54,701 nucleotides of DNA. It comes from an uncultured Eubacteriales bacterium (GTDB taxonomy: Bacteria > Bacillota > Clostridia > Oscillospirales > CAG-382). Shown one piece after another: positions 8,385 to 17,345 of the stretch. Position 1 is the first letter of the stretch. Each line of letters opens with the position of its first letter. Location of the stretch: the NCBI GenBank assembly GCA_934444485.1, contig CAKSCN010000002.1, positions 1-54,701 of the forward strand. Reading direction: 5' to 3'. The position numbers were made by a program, and so were the translations under genes. The notes beneath the pieces were generated by a model that was not told where the DNA came from, made no database searches, and saw only the letters and a program-made list of their open reading frames with translations.

Positions 8385-11335
8385 TCTATCGCTCCCATAA
8401 GGCTTCTCAGGCGAATCTTCACCGCACCGAGGTTTGTTATCTCGTCTATTTTTATCTGGGTGTAGTACTTGCCGTGACTTTCGAGAATTGTGCGCACCTC
8501 GTCGGTCGTTATCGCATCGACGCCGCAGCCGAAGGACACAAGCTGAACAAGCTCGACGTCGCCGTGAGCCGCCGCATATCCTGCCGCACGGTAGAGTCTC
8601 GAATGGAAAGTCCACTGGTCAAGCACCGCCACCTTCTGCACAGGCGCAAGATGACATATGCTGTCCTCGCTCACAACGGCAAAGCCGAGAGAATTTGCAA
8701 GCTTGTCTATGCCGTGACCTATCTCCGGGTCGATGTGATAGGGACGTCCGGCAAGAACCATTATGCGGTTTCCGTTCGCCCTCGCTTCGGCAAGCGCCCT
8801 CTCGCCCTCGGCACGCAGAGCCACCGTGTACTTTTTGTACGCCGCAAAGCCCCTCTTCACCGCCGCCTTTACCTCACGCTTCGTTATCGTCCCGTCGTGC
8901 GCCGAAAGTGCCGGGTAAAGCGTGCGCACAAGAGCATTCTCACTCGCAACGCTGAGGTACGGGTGCAGAAAATCGACGTTCTTCAGACACTCCATGTTTG
9001 CGTGGAGAAGCTCGGCGTAGTAAGCGACTATCGGGCAGTTGTAGTGGTTGTCGCCGGCGTGTTCGTCGATGTTGTAGGTAAGACCGGGATAGAATATAGT
9101 CGTGATGCCGCTCTCGACAAGCTCCGCCATGTGACCGTGCATTATCTTCGCCGGGTAGCACGCCGTGTCGGAGGGAATGGTGAACTGTCCCTTTTCGTAG
9201 GTCGCACGGTTTGAAAGCGGCGTGAATACCACCTCGTAGCCGAGTGCGGTGAACAGCTCATGCCAGAGCGGCGCAAACTCATAGATTGAAAGTGCCGTGG
9301 GTATGCCGAGTTTTCCCCTCGCCGGAGCTTTTTCGTCCTTTTTCGGTACGAGCGACGTTATGTACTGTCTTTTCCACTCGTGCAGGTTCGGAAGCGGCTT
9401 TACGTCGGTAATACCGAGTCCCCTCTCGCACTGATTGCCCGAGATGAAGCGTTTGCCGTCCGAGAATTTGTTTATTGTGAGGTGACAGCCGTTCGCACAG
9501 CCGTGACATACCGCCGAGGTCGAGGTGTGGGTAAACTTCTCAAGCTCTTCGAGGGAAAGAAGCGTGCTTTCCTTGTTCTTCATGACGTGAAGCGCCGCAC
9601 CGTATGCGCCCATGAGTCCTGCGACCGACGGACGTATGACGTTTCTGCCAAGCTCCTTTTCAAAGGCACGGAGTACGGCGTCGTTGTAAAATGTGCCGCC
9701 CTGAACGACAATCGACTTTCCCAGCTCGTCCGGGTTTGCCGCACGGATAACCTTGTATATCGCATTCTTGACGACGCTCACCGAAAGACCTGCCGAGATG
9801 TCCTCGACCGATGCGCCGTCCTTCTGCGACTGCTTGACCGATGAATTCATGAACACCGTACAGCGTGAGCCGAGGTTGACGGGAGCCTTTGCGTGAAGTC
9901 CCTTTTCGGCAAACTCCGCAACATCGTAGCCCATCGACTTCGCAAAGGTCTCGATGAAAGAGCCGCAGCCGGAGGAACACGCTTCGTTGAGCATTATGCT
10001 GTCGATTGCGCCGTTGCGGATCTTGAAGCACTTGATGTCCTGACCTCCTATGTCGAGAATGAAATCGACGCCGGGCATGAAGTATTTCGCCGCCGTGTAG
10101 TGAGCTATTGTCTCAACGACGCCTTCGTCGGCGTGAAAGGCGTGCTTTATAAGATCCTCGCCGTAGCCCGTCACCGACGCACCGCAGATTTTTACTCTGC
10201 CGCCGCACTTTTTGCGGATGTCGATGAGAACCTCACGCACAAGCGTCACGGGGTTTCCCTTGTTGGAGCTGTAGTAAGAGTATATGATAGACTTGTCCTC
10301 TCCTATGAGAACGAGCTTTGTCGTTGTGCTTCCGCAGTCGATTCCGAGCCATGCGTTTCCGGAGTAATCCTCGATTTTTCCGACTTTTACCGACGCCTTT
10401 GCGTGGCGTTCGCAGAACTCTTTGTATTCGTTATCGTTCGCAAAGAGCGGAGGAAGCCTGTCCGCACCGACCTTTTCGGCTTTCGCACTGTCCTCTATCT
10501 TTTTTATTATGTCGCCGAACGCTATAGGCTCTCCGACGGCTCTGCCGGCATACATCGCCGCACCGTAAGCCACGGCGTAAAGAGCATATTCCGGGAACAC
10601 AGCCGTCTCGCCGTCAAGTCCGAGAGTTTCGCAGAAAGCCTTTTTGAGTCCGTTGCAGTAGTAGAGCGGACCGCCCAAGAACATGACCTTGCCCTCGATT
10701 TTCCGACCCTGTATAAGTCCCGTGACCGTCTGGTTGACGACCGCCTGATATATGCTTGCGGCAATGTCGCTTTTGTTTGCGCCCTGATTGAGAAGCGGCT
10801 GTATGTCGGTTTTTGCGAACACTCCGCATCTTGACGCTATGGGGTACTTCCTCGTTGCCTTAAGGCTTGCGGCGTCCATTTCGTCGGCGGTCATGTCGAG
10901 AAGCACCGCCATCTGGTCGATAAAAGCTCCCGTGCCGCCGGCGCAGGTACCGTTCATTCTTTCGTCGAAGCCGCCCTTGTAGAAGATAACCTTTGCGTCC
11001 TCGCCGCCAAGCTCGATAACGACTCCCGTGTCGGGTGCAAGAGCCGACACAACCTCGCCGGTCGAGTAAACCTCCTGCACGAAGGGAAGCCCGGCAGCCT
11101 CCGCAATACCGAGTCCGGCAGAACCCGAGACCGCAACACGGAGCTTTGATATGTCGTATTTCGGCGCAAGCTCGCTCTCCATGTCACGGAGCATTTCGAG
11201 TGTCGTGCTGCGTGCCTTTGAGAGGTGACGCTTATATTTTTCGTATATTACCTCGCCGCCGTCGAGTAAGACGAGTTTTGCCGTCGTCGAACCGATGTCG
11301 ATGCCGAGACACATTTTTTTGCTTTCGTTGGGCAT
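8360..11335 (-). CDS. CoA-substrate-specific enzyme activase: two BcrA/BadF/HgdC-type ATPase domains plus a C-terminal DUF2229-like domain
   Basis: Two acetate/sugar-kinase-fold starts, CLGIDIGSTTAKLVLLD and WLGIDCGSTTTKLVLIG. Cluster-ligand regions NGTCAGGTGAFIDQ and NEACSSGCGSFIET. The track start at 11404 is unlikely; GGAGA lies 11 nt before the ATG at 11335 (MPNESKK). Confidence 0.85.
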   Translation of the reverse strand: MPNESKKMCLGIDIGSTTAKLVLLDGGEVIYEKYKRHLSKARSTTLEMLRDMESELAPKYDISKLRVAVSGSAGLGIAEAAGLPFVQEVYSTGEVVSALAPDTGVVIELGGEDAKVIFYKGGFDERMNGTCAGGTGAFIDQMAVLLDMTADEMDAASLKATRKYPIASRCGVFAKTDIQPLLNQGANKSDIAASIYQAVVNQTVTGLIQGRKIEGKVMFLGGPLYYCNGLKKAFCETLGLDGETAVFPEYALYAVAYGAAMYAGRAVGEPIAFGDIIKKIEDSAKAEKVGADRLPPLFANDNEYKEFCERHAKASVKVGKIEDYSGNAWLGIDCGSTTTKLVLIGEDKSIIYSYYSSNKGNPVTLVREVLIDIRKKCGGRVKICGASVTGYGEDLIKHAFHADEGVVETIAHYTAAKYFMPGVDFILDIGGQDIKCFKIRNGAIDSIMLNEACSSGCGSFIETFAKSMGYDVAEFAEKGLHAKAPVNLGSRCTVFMNSSVKQSQKDGASVEDISAGLSVSVVKNAIYKVIRAANPDELGKSIVVQGGTFYNDAVLRAFEKELGRNVIRPSVAGLMGAYGAALHVMKNKESTLLSLEELEKFTHTSTSAVCHGCANGCHLTINKFSDGKRFISGNQCERGLGITDVKPLPNLHEWKRQYITSLVPKKDEKAPARGKLGIPTALSIYEFAPLWHELFTALGYEVVFTPLSNRATYEKGQFTIPSDTACYPAKIMHGHMAELVESGITTIFYPGLTYNIDEHAGDNHYNCPIVAYYAELLHANMECLKNVDFLHPYLSVASENALVRTLYPALSAHDGTITKREVKAAVKRGFAAYKKYTVALRAEGERALAEARANGNRIMVLAGRPYHIDPEIGHGIDKLANSLGFAVVSEDSICHLAPVQKVAVLDQWTFHSRLYRAAGYAAAHGDVELVQLVSFGCGVDAITTDEVRTILESHGKYYTQIKIDEITNLGAVKIRLRSLMGAIEEKQGFSK

Positions 11336-11619
11336 TTGCACCATGTCTCCTTGCCGTATAATTAACAAAGTTACACTTACGTATACTAACAGCATACCAC
11401 ACAAACCTAAAAATAGTCTTAAGTAAATGAAAATTTTTGTCGAATGACGCTAAGATTCCGCTAAGAAACGGTGGGAGTAATGTAATTTGTCGCTGCGAAT
11501 GGAATATGATGCCAAACACAAACCGAAGGCAATTGCGGCTTTTGTGTTAACGAAAAGTAAAAAACGGCTTTGCATTGACTTTATGCCGCACAAAACACTC
11601 TTATAATGCAAATTCGGTA

Positions 11620-11648
11620 TTGATTTTGTTCTCGATTTGGAATATAAT
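11620..11648 (+). promoter_or_regulatory. Candidate sigma-A promoter of the R-M operon
   Basis: TTGATT (11620-11625), 17-nt spacer, TATAAT (11643-11648), 62 nt upstream of the ATG. Confidence 0.5.
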
Positions 11649-11709
11649 AATACCGTCAATTACTTGACCGTAAATTTTTAATTATATATGTTGCGAGGAG
11701 ATATGTGTA

Positions 11710-12780
11710 ATGGAAATAATGACTGCAAAAGAAGCGGCGGAAAAATGGGGGATTTCTCAGAGAAGAGTTGCCGTTTTTTGCTCCGAGAACAGAATACCGG
11801 GTGCTCAAATGGTCGGGAATATGTGGCTTATTCCGAAAGGAACCGAAAAACCGGTTGATGCAAGATGCTCCGGCGTTGATAAAGACAGCACAAAGAGTGT
11901 AAAACCTTTTTTGAAATGGGCAGGCGGAAAAGGACAGCTGTTGAAGGAAATTGAGAAATACTATCCGTTCGGCGACGGCAAGATTACAAGGTATGCCGAA
12001 CCGTTTGTCGGCGGAGGTGCGGTGCTTTTCGACATTCTCGGCAAATACGAGCTTGAAGCGGTATATATAAGCGATATAAATGCGGAGCTTATAAACGCCT
12101 ACACAACAGTTCGTGATCACGTTGACGAGCTGACGGAAATGTTGTCTAAATATCAGAGCGAATATGTGCCTTTGGAAACTGAAATGCGGAAAAAGTACTA
12201 TGCTCAAAAAAGGGAAGTTTTCAATTCTTTGAAGACTGCCGGAAACGACAAGGACGGTATCGAAAAAGCGGCGCTTATGATTTTTTTGAACAAGACTTGT
12301 TTCAACGGCTTATACAGAGTCAACAGAAAGGGTTTGTTCAACGTACCCATGGGAGCGTATAAAAATCCTCTTATTTGTGACGAAAAGAATCTCTACGGCG
12401 TTTCCGAAAAGCTCCGTAACGTGAAAATAGTATGCGGCGATTATAAATTATCCGCCGATTTTATCGATGAACACACCTTTGCGTATTTCGACCCTCCGTA
12501 CAGACCGCTTACCGATACGGCAAGTTTTACGGCATATACGGAAAATTCATTCGACGATGATAAACAAATCGAACTCGCAAGGTTTGTTGACAAGATGAGC
12601 GAAAAAACGGCGAAGGTGACGGTGAGCAATTCAGAGCCGAAAAATATTGACGGAAATGACAGTTTCTTTGATGATATTTACGCTAATCACAGGATAAAGC
12701 AGGTAGAAGCAACAAGAATGATTAACTGTAACAGCGAGGCAAGAGGAAGAATTAAGGAGCTGCTTATCAGCAATTATTGA
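11710..12780 (+). CDS. Dam-family N6-adenine DNA methyltransferase with an N-terminal helix-turn-helix extension
   Basis: Motifs FLKWAGGKGQLL and FAYFDPPY (D12 class). The first ~45 aa, MTAKEAAEKWGISQRRVAVFCSENRIPGAQ, look like an excisionase/MerR-type HTH. RBS GAGGAGA 8 nt upstream. Confidence 0.9.
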   Translation: MEIMTAKEAAEKWGISQRRVAVFCSENRIPGAQMVGNMWLIPKGTEKPVDARCSGVDKDSTKSVKPFLKWAGGKGQLLKEIEKYYPFGDGKITRYAEPFVGGGAVLFDILGKYELEAVYISDINAELINAYTTVRDHVDELTEMLSKYQSEYVPLETEMRKKYYAQKREVFNSLKTAGNDKDGIEKAALMIFLNKTCFNGLYRVNRKGLFNVPMGAYKNPLICDEKNLYGVSEKLRNVKIVCGDYKLSADFIDEHTFAYFDPPYRPLTDTASFTAYTENSFDDDKQIELARFVDKMSEKTAKVTVSNSEPKNIDGNDSFFDDIYANHRIKQVEATRMINCNSEARGRIKELLISNY

Positions 12781-12792
12781 GGAGGTTTAAAA

Positions 12793-13329
12793 ATGGACAT
12801 AAGAGAAGGCACTCAACTTATAGATAAAGGCTCGAGAAAAGCAATCATAGAATTTGTTTTCACCGATTATATTATTTTTGTTTTTCAGGGGAGTTTGTCA
12901 CAGTTTGATATTGTTATTAAATACAGAAAAGACGGCAAGCGTATGAGGACTCCCAAACATATCCATTGGGTAGTAGATATTTTGATGAAAATGCAAGGCA
13001 ACGGAGAATTGACAAAGAAGTATTTGTTGTCTGTGCAAAACTGTTGGAATGCTTGTGTTCCGCTTTCAAACAATGATTTTGAAACACTGAAGAATTTAAT
13101 TGAAAACGGAGAAAAGAGAATTGAAATTGAACAGTATTTTGACTTAAATGATTTTGGCGAATATGATGTTGAATTTCTGTATGTTTTGATGGAGTTATTG
13201 GCAGTGCAAGAAAAGACAAACAGGGCAGATGCCTATATGTTTGGCAGTATTATTGAAGAATTGCTTGAAGCTGACAGAGATATTTTCAAAATTATTTCCA
13301 CGGCAGGCTTCGGCGGAAGAAGAGGTTGA
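12793..13329 (+). CDS. Hypothetical protein (178 aa) embedded in the R-M operon
   Basis: RBS GAGGAGG 8 nt upstream. Its stop TGA (13327-13329) is 1 nt before the endonuclease ATG. I could not recognise a motif. Confidence 0.65.
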   Translation: MDIREGTQLIDKGSRKAIIEFVFTDYIIFVFQGSLSQFDIVIKYRKDGKRMRTPKHIHWVVDILMKMQGNGELTKKYLLSVQNCWNACVPLSNNDFETLKNLIENGEKRIEIEQYFDLNDFGEYDVEFLYVLMELLAVQEKTNRADAYMFGSIIEELLEADRDIFKIISTAGFGGRRG

Positions 13330-13330
13330 T

Positions 13331-14194
13331 ATGACAAACAGAAATTTTAACACATGGCTTTCCGGTTTTCGCGAGAGCATTGCCGATTATTCCTATTACG
13401 TGAATTTTGAGAAAGTCTACAGGAATGTTGATAAGGTTAAGGTTGAACTCAACATATTGAATTCGCTTATCGGTTCAAGAGACATCGAAAGAGCTTTTGA
13501 CACTTTAATCGAAAGATATCCGGAAGTTTTAAGGTGCATTCCGTTACTGTTAGCAGTGAGGGCAAATGAGATTTATGCTATTGACGGAGACGGAGAATTT
13601 ATATACAACTTCAAAACTACAAACCAACCAATGGAACAGTACAAAGTATTTATGCAAAAAAACGGTTTGTTCGATTTGATATCTAATCACATTATCAATA
13701 ATTTGGTGGATTATGTAACCGGTGTTGAAACAGGACTTGATTCCAACGGCAGAAAGAACCGCACCGGTCACACCATGGAGAATTTGGTAGAAAGTTATAT
13801 TAAAAAAGCCGGATTTGTTAAAGATGAAAATTATTTCAAGGAAATGTATATTCATCAAATTACCGAAAAATGGGGCATGGATTTATCGGCGATTTCCAAT
13901 CAAGGTAAAATGGAAAAGCGTTTCGATTATGTAATTAAAACGCCTAATATGATTTATGGCATTGAAACTAACTTTTATGGCAGTGGCGGCAGTAAGCTAA
14001 ATGAAACAGCCCGTAGTTATAAAACACTGGCATTAGAAACCGATACCATAGACGGTTTTACATTTGTATGGTTTACAGACGGAAAAGGCTGGACAAGTGC
14101 AAGACATAATCTTGAAGAAACATTTGATGTTATGGAACACATTTATAATATTGATGATATGGAAAACGGGATAATTCAAGAGGTTTTTAAATAA
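13331..14194 (+). CDS. Type II restriction endonuclease, DpnII/MboI family (predicted GATC)
   Basis: 288 aa from the ATG at 13331; the track ORF starts earlier at 13229, inside the previous gene. Blocks NILNSLIGS, LVDYVTGVETGLDSNGRKNRTGHTMEN, NFYGSGGSKLNETARSYK and WFTDGKGW match my memory of R.DpnII. Confidence 0.8.
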   Translation: MTNRNFNTWLSGFRESIADYSYYVNFEKVYRNVDKVKVELNILNSLIGSRDIERAFDTLIERYPEVLRCIPLLLAVRANEIYAIDGDGEFIYNFKTTNQPMEQYKVFMQKNGLFDLISNHIINNLVDYVTGVETGLDSNGRKNRTGHTMENLVESYIKKAGFVKDENYFKEMYIHQITEKWGMDLSAISNQGKMEKRFDYVIKTPNMIYGIETNFYGSGGSKLNETARSYKTLALETDTIDGFTFVWFTDGKGWTSARHNLEETFDVMEHIYNIDDMENGIIQEVFK

Positions 14195-14943
14195 TGGCAG
14201 AAAAGAAAATTAAAAAGTGGGAGCCTGATGATTTTGAACTTGAAATGACTACGCACTGGTCATTCCCAAAGCGTGGCGATTGGGCAACTCATGATGCAAA
14301 ATGGCGTGGAAATTGGTCACCTTATATACCCAGAAATATTATATTAAGATATTCCGATGAGGGAGATTTAGTTCTTGATCAGTTTGCCGGAGGAGGTACT
14401 ACTCTTGTAGAAGCGAAGCTTTTGAATCGTAATATAATCGGCGTGGATATAAATGATATTGCCCTTGAGCGGTGCAGAGAAAAGACAAGCTTTGAATACG
14501 AACCGGCAAAAGGAAAAGTGTATATCAAGAAGGGCGATGCAAGGAAACTCGATTTTGTACCGGATGAAAGCATAGACCTTATATGCACGCACCCTCCGTA
14601 TGCCGATATTATCAAATACAGCGACGGTATTGACGGAGATTTGTCACAACTGAAAGTGAAGGATTTTCTCGAAGAAATGAAAAAGGTTGCGGCAGAGAGT
14701 TACCGTGTGCTAAAGAAAGATAAATTCTGCGCCGTTCTTGTGGGCGACACAAGACAAAAGGGCTGTATGATACCTATGTCTTTTGATGTAATGCGTATTT
14801 TTGAAGATGCAGGGTTCAAACTAAAGGAGCTTATTATAAAAGAACAACATAATTGTAAAGCAACGGGATATTGGAAAACCAACAGTGTAAAGTATAATTT
14901 TTTACTTATCGCCCACGAATATTTGTTTATCTTCAGAAAATGA
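14194..14943 (+). CDS. SAM-dependent DNA methyltransferase (N6-A or N4-C type), second methylase of the R-M operon
   Basis: LDQFAGGGTTLVEA (FxGxG) and THPPYADI (PPY catalytic motif). The start overlaps the endonuclease stop (TAATG). Confidence 0.75.
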   Translation: MAEKKIKKWEPDDFELEMTTHWSFPKRGDWATHDAKWRGNWSPYIPRNIILRYSDEGDLVLDQFAGGGTTLVEAKLLNRNIIGVDINDIALERCREKTSFEYEPAKGKVYIKKGDARKLDFVPDESIDLICTHPPYADIIKYSDGIDGDLSQLKVKDFLEEMKKVAAESYRVLKKDKFCAVLVGDTRQKGCMIPMSFDVMRIFEDAGFKLKELIIKEQHNCKATGYWKTNSVKYNFLLIAHEYLFIFRK

Positions 14944-14974
14944 GCTTTCCGAAAATTTTTCGTTCGGAATCCCG

Positions 14975-15003
14975 TTGACAATCGCCGCACGGTACTGTAT
15001 AAT
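14975..15003 (+). promoter_or_regulatory. Consensus sigma-A promoter of the GH28 gene
   Basis: TTGACA (14975-14980), 17 nt, TATAAT (14998-15003). Confidence 0.6.
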
Positions 15004-15045
15004 GTCGTAGGAACACTGAAATAAGCGTGCGAAAGGAACGATAGC

Positions 15046-16320
15046 ATGAACGTAAGCATACTCGATTTCGGCGCTGTCGGAGACGGAAAAACGCTCTGCA
15101 CCGAGAGCATAAACAAGGCGATAGAACATTGCTCAAAGACCGGCGGCAGAGTCACCGTACCGGCAGGGACATACCTCACCGGCACAGTTTGGCTTGGGAG
15201 CGGCGTTGAGCTTCATCTCGAGCAGGGGGCTGTAATTCTCGGAAGTCCCGACTTCGCAGACTACTGTGCGGACGACGCTTATCCGCAGAATTTCGGCGTT
15301 GCCGACGAAGAATGGACAGGCGGTCATCTTCTTGTTGCCGTCGGCTGTCACGATGTTGCGATAACCGGGCTCGGCACGATAGACGGAAACTCCGAAAGCT
15401 TTTTCGGCAAGGCGTCGGTGAAGCATGAGCCGTGGACGGCATACGGCTGGAGAGAGGGCTTCAGACGCACGAAAAGACCCGGTCAGATGATAAACTTCGT
15501 CGAGTGCGAGAGGGTTCGTGTCGAGAACGTAACTCTGCAAAATTCGCCGTCGTGGTGCCTTTTCCTCTACGGAAGCGAGACGGTCAACATTCACGGCGTA
15601 CGCATTTTCAACCCGCCTTACAACGCCAACACCGACGGTATCGACATCGACTCCTGCCGTTACGTGACGGTGTCCGACTGCATAATCGATACCGGCGACG
15701 ACGCAATTGCCGTGCGCAACGGCGCAAAGAGACTCACCGACAAGGAGCGTGTGTGCGAGTACATAAACGTTTCAAACTGCGTGCTGTCGGCGTGCGCCTG
15801 CATGGTGAGAGTGGGAGTCGGAAGCGGACTTATACGCTGCGTGCGTTTTTCAAACATAACCTCGAAAAGATCGGGCGTGCTGATAAGCTTCTGCACGGAA
15901 TACGGCGGAAAGCCGCTCACGCCTCTCGACGACATAAACTTCGACGGAATCTCGGCTGACGACGCCGGCGCTGTCGTTAGAATGAACGGTGACTACGGCG
16001 TTTCGTCAAAGCATCTCACGGTGCAGAACGTCAGAGCGCACTCACGCAGAGGAATAAGCATTACAAACGCCGTTCCCGGGGCATTTGCCGACGTGACCCT
16101 CAGAAACATCGACATTTTCCTCATTGACAAGCCCTCTGAGATTACCGACGAGATACGCAAAATGCGGGGCGACACGATAATTGAGGCGTGGAACGTGTCG
16201 GATCTCACTCTTGACGGTGTGCGCCTTTTTGCGGATGATGAGCTTCGTGCGAAGTGGAAGAACGTCACATCTTTCTCGACCTGCCCGAACCTCGAGGTCA
16301 AAAATTGCAGATTTGAGTAA
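15046..16320 (+). CDS. Glycoside hydrolase family 28 (polygalacturonase-like)
   Basis: N-terminus ILDFGAVGDGKTLCTESINKAI and active-site region NTDGIDIDSCRYVTVSDCIIDTGDDAIAV. No signal peptide. Confidence 0.85.
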   Translation: MNVSILDFGAVGDGKTLCTESINKAIEHCSKTGGRVTVPAGTYLTGTVWLGSGVELHLEQGAVILGSPDFADYCADDAYPQNFGVADEEWTGGHLLVAVGCHDVAITGLGTIDGNSESFFGKASVKHEPWTAYGWREGFRRTKRPGQMINFVECERVRVENVTLQNSPSWCLFLYGSETVNIHGVRIFNPPYNANTDGIDIDSCRYVTVSDCIIDTGDDAIAVRNGAKRLTDKERVCEYINVSNCVLSACACMVRVGVGSGLIRCVRFSNITSKRSGVLISFCTEYGGKPLTPLDDINFDGISADDAGAVVRMNGDYGVSSKHLTVQNVRAHSRRGISITNAVPGAFADVTLRNIDIFLIDKPSEITDEIRKMRGDTIIEAWNVSDLTLDGVRLFADDELRAKWKNVTSFSTCPNLEVKNCRFE

Positions 16321-16338
16321 ATAAGCGGTAATATAAAT

Positions 16339-16367
16339 AAGGCACTCTCCGAAAATGGGGGTGCCTT
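16339..16367. terminator. Bidirectional terminator hairpin between the GH28 (+) and hepT (-) genes
   Basis: AAGGCACTCTCC-GAAAAT-GGGGGTGCCTT followed by TCTTCGT. The 29-mer is the exact reverse complement of 5089..5117. Confidence 0.6.
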
Positions 16368-16374
16368 CTTCGTA

Positions 16375-16713
16375 TCATTCCCGGATGTTCTTCAGCTCTT
16401 CAATCAATACCGGAATGTCATTTTTCAGTGTGTTGTATATCACGCTCATGTCAACGTTGCCGTACTCGTGGACTATGCGGTTTCGGAGTCCCTTGACTGC
16501 TCTCCACGGAATGGACGAATGTGAGGCTTTGAACGCATCGCTGAGCTTTCCCGAGTTTTCCGATACCTGTATAAGTCGGAACATCACGGAATCGACAAGA
16601 ACCTCGTTGCTTTCAAGCTCATCCTGCGTCAGACCGTCAGTGTGAGCGAGGACGAAAGACAGGTCGGAGATGATTTTGTCGGTGTAATACCGGCCTGTTT
16701 TTACATTATCCAT
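16375..16713 (-). CDS. hepT: HepT-like (DUF86) toxin of a type VII HepT/MNT pair
   Basis: RNRIVHEY matches the Rx4HxY motif. 112 aa, overlapping the upstream MNT gene by 8 nt. Confidence 0.85.
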   Translation of the reverse strand: MDNVKTGRYYTDKIISDLSFVLAHTDGLTQDELESNEVLVDSVMFRLIQVSENSGKLSDAFKASHSSIPWRAVKGLRNRIVHEYGNVDMSVIYNTLKNDIPVLIEELKNIRE

Positions 16714-17176
16714 AGATTTTCACACCGTCCTTGAGGATTTCGTTTACGAGAAGGGGATTATCTTTCAGCTGATCCGTGTTCAGAACATCCGCATTTTTTC
16801 GCAGTTTTTCGTGCAAAAGCTCAACGAGGTCGTAAAACTTTATTCCCGTGACCGGTGTGGATACAAGAAGGTCAACGTCGCTTTGTTCCGTTGCCTTGTT
16901 TTTTGCATACGAGCCGAAGAGATAGCAGTATTCCACCTCGAAAGCCGGAAAAATCTCTTCGCAAATCTCTTTTATACGCTCTGCGGTGAGAATGCCGTGA
17001 CTCTCGTCAACAAACCCGTATTCGGAAAGCTTCCGCATAATATACGCATACTTTAACGATGTGCTTTTTGAACCGTCGTTTTCGTAATTGATGTATGTGC
17101 GAAGAGGCATCCCGAGATATGCGGCGCATTCTTTTTGCGTCAGCTTTTTGCTCTTTCGCAGTTCTTTAAGCGTCAA
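16706..17176 (-). CDS. MNT nucleotidyltransferase antitoxin fused to an N-terminal XRE-type HTH
   Basis: LFGSYAKNKATEQSDVDLLV (GS...DxD NTase motif) and N-terminal LKELRKSKKLTQKECAAYLGMPLRTYINYE. Start uncertain: the TTG at 17176 follows GAGGTGA, while the track uses the GTG at 17185. Confidence 0.8.
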   Translation of the reverse strand: MTLKELRKSKKLTQKECAAYLGMPLRTYINYENDGSKSTSLKYAYIMRKLSEYGFVDESHGILTAERIKEICEEIFPAFEVEYCYLFGSYAKNKATEQSDVDLLVSTPVTGIKFYDLVELLHEKLRKNADVLNTDQLKDNPLLVNEILKDGVKIYG

Positions 17177-17194
17177 ACTTATCACCTCGGTACT

Positions 17195-17223
17195 ATTTTA
17201 CCCCGAAAATGTGAATTATGCAA
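17195..17223 (-). promoter_or_regulatory. Candidate promoter of the MNT-HepT operon
   Basis: On the minus strand: TTGCAT (17223-17218), 17 nt, TAAAAT (17200-17195). It lies within an array of ATATGCAA/TGCA boxes. Confidence 0.45.
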
Positions 17224-17345
17224 CAACAAAGTGCAAAACTTGCATACTTTGCGCCAAACAAATACGCCAAAATTGCACATATTCCGCAAGCACAATATGC
17301 AAAAGCTGCACACTATTCTCTTCCAAAATATGCAACGATGGTGAT

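Noticed and set aside
11575-11607. A TTGACT ... TATAAT pair upstream of the R-M operon.
   Set aside because: The spacer is 21 nt, too long for a sigma-A promoter. The TTGATT-17-TATAAT pair at 11620-11648 is preferred.
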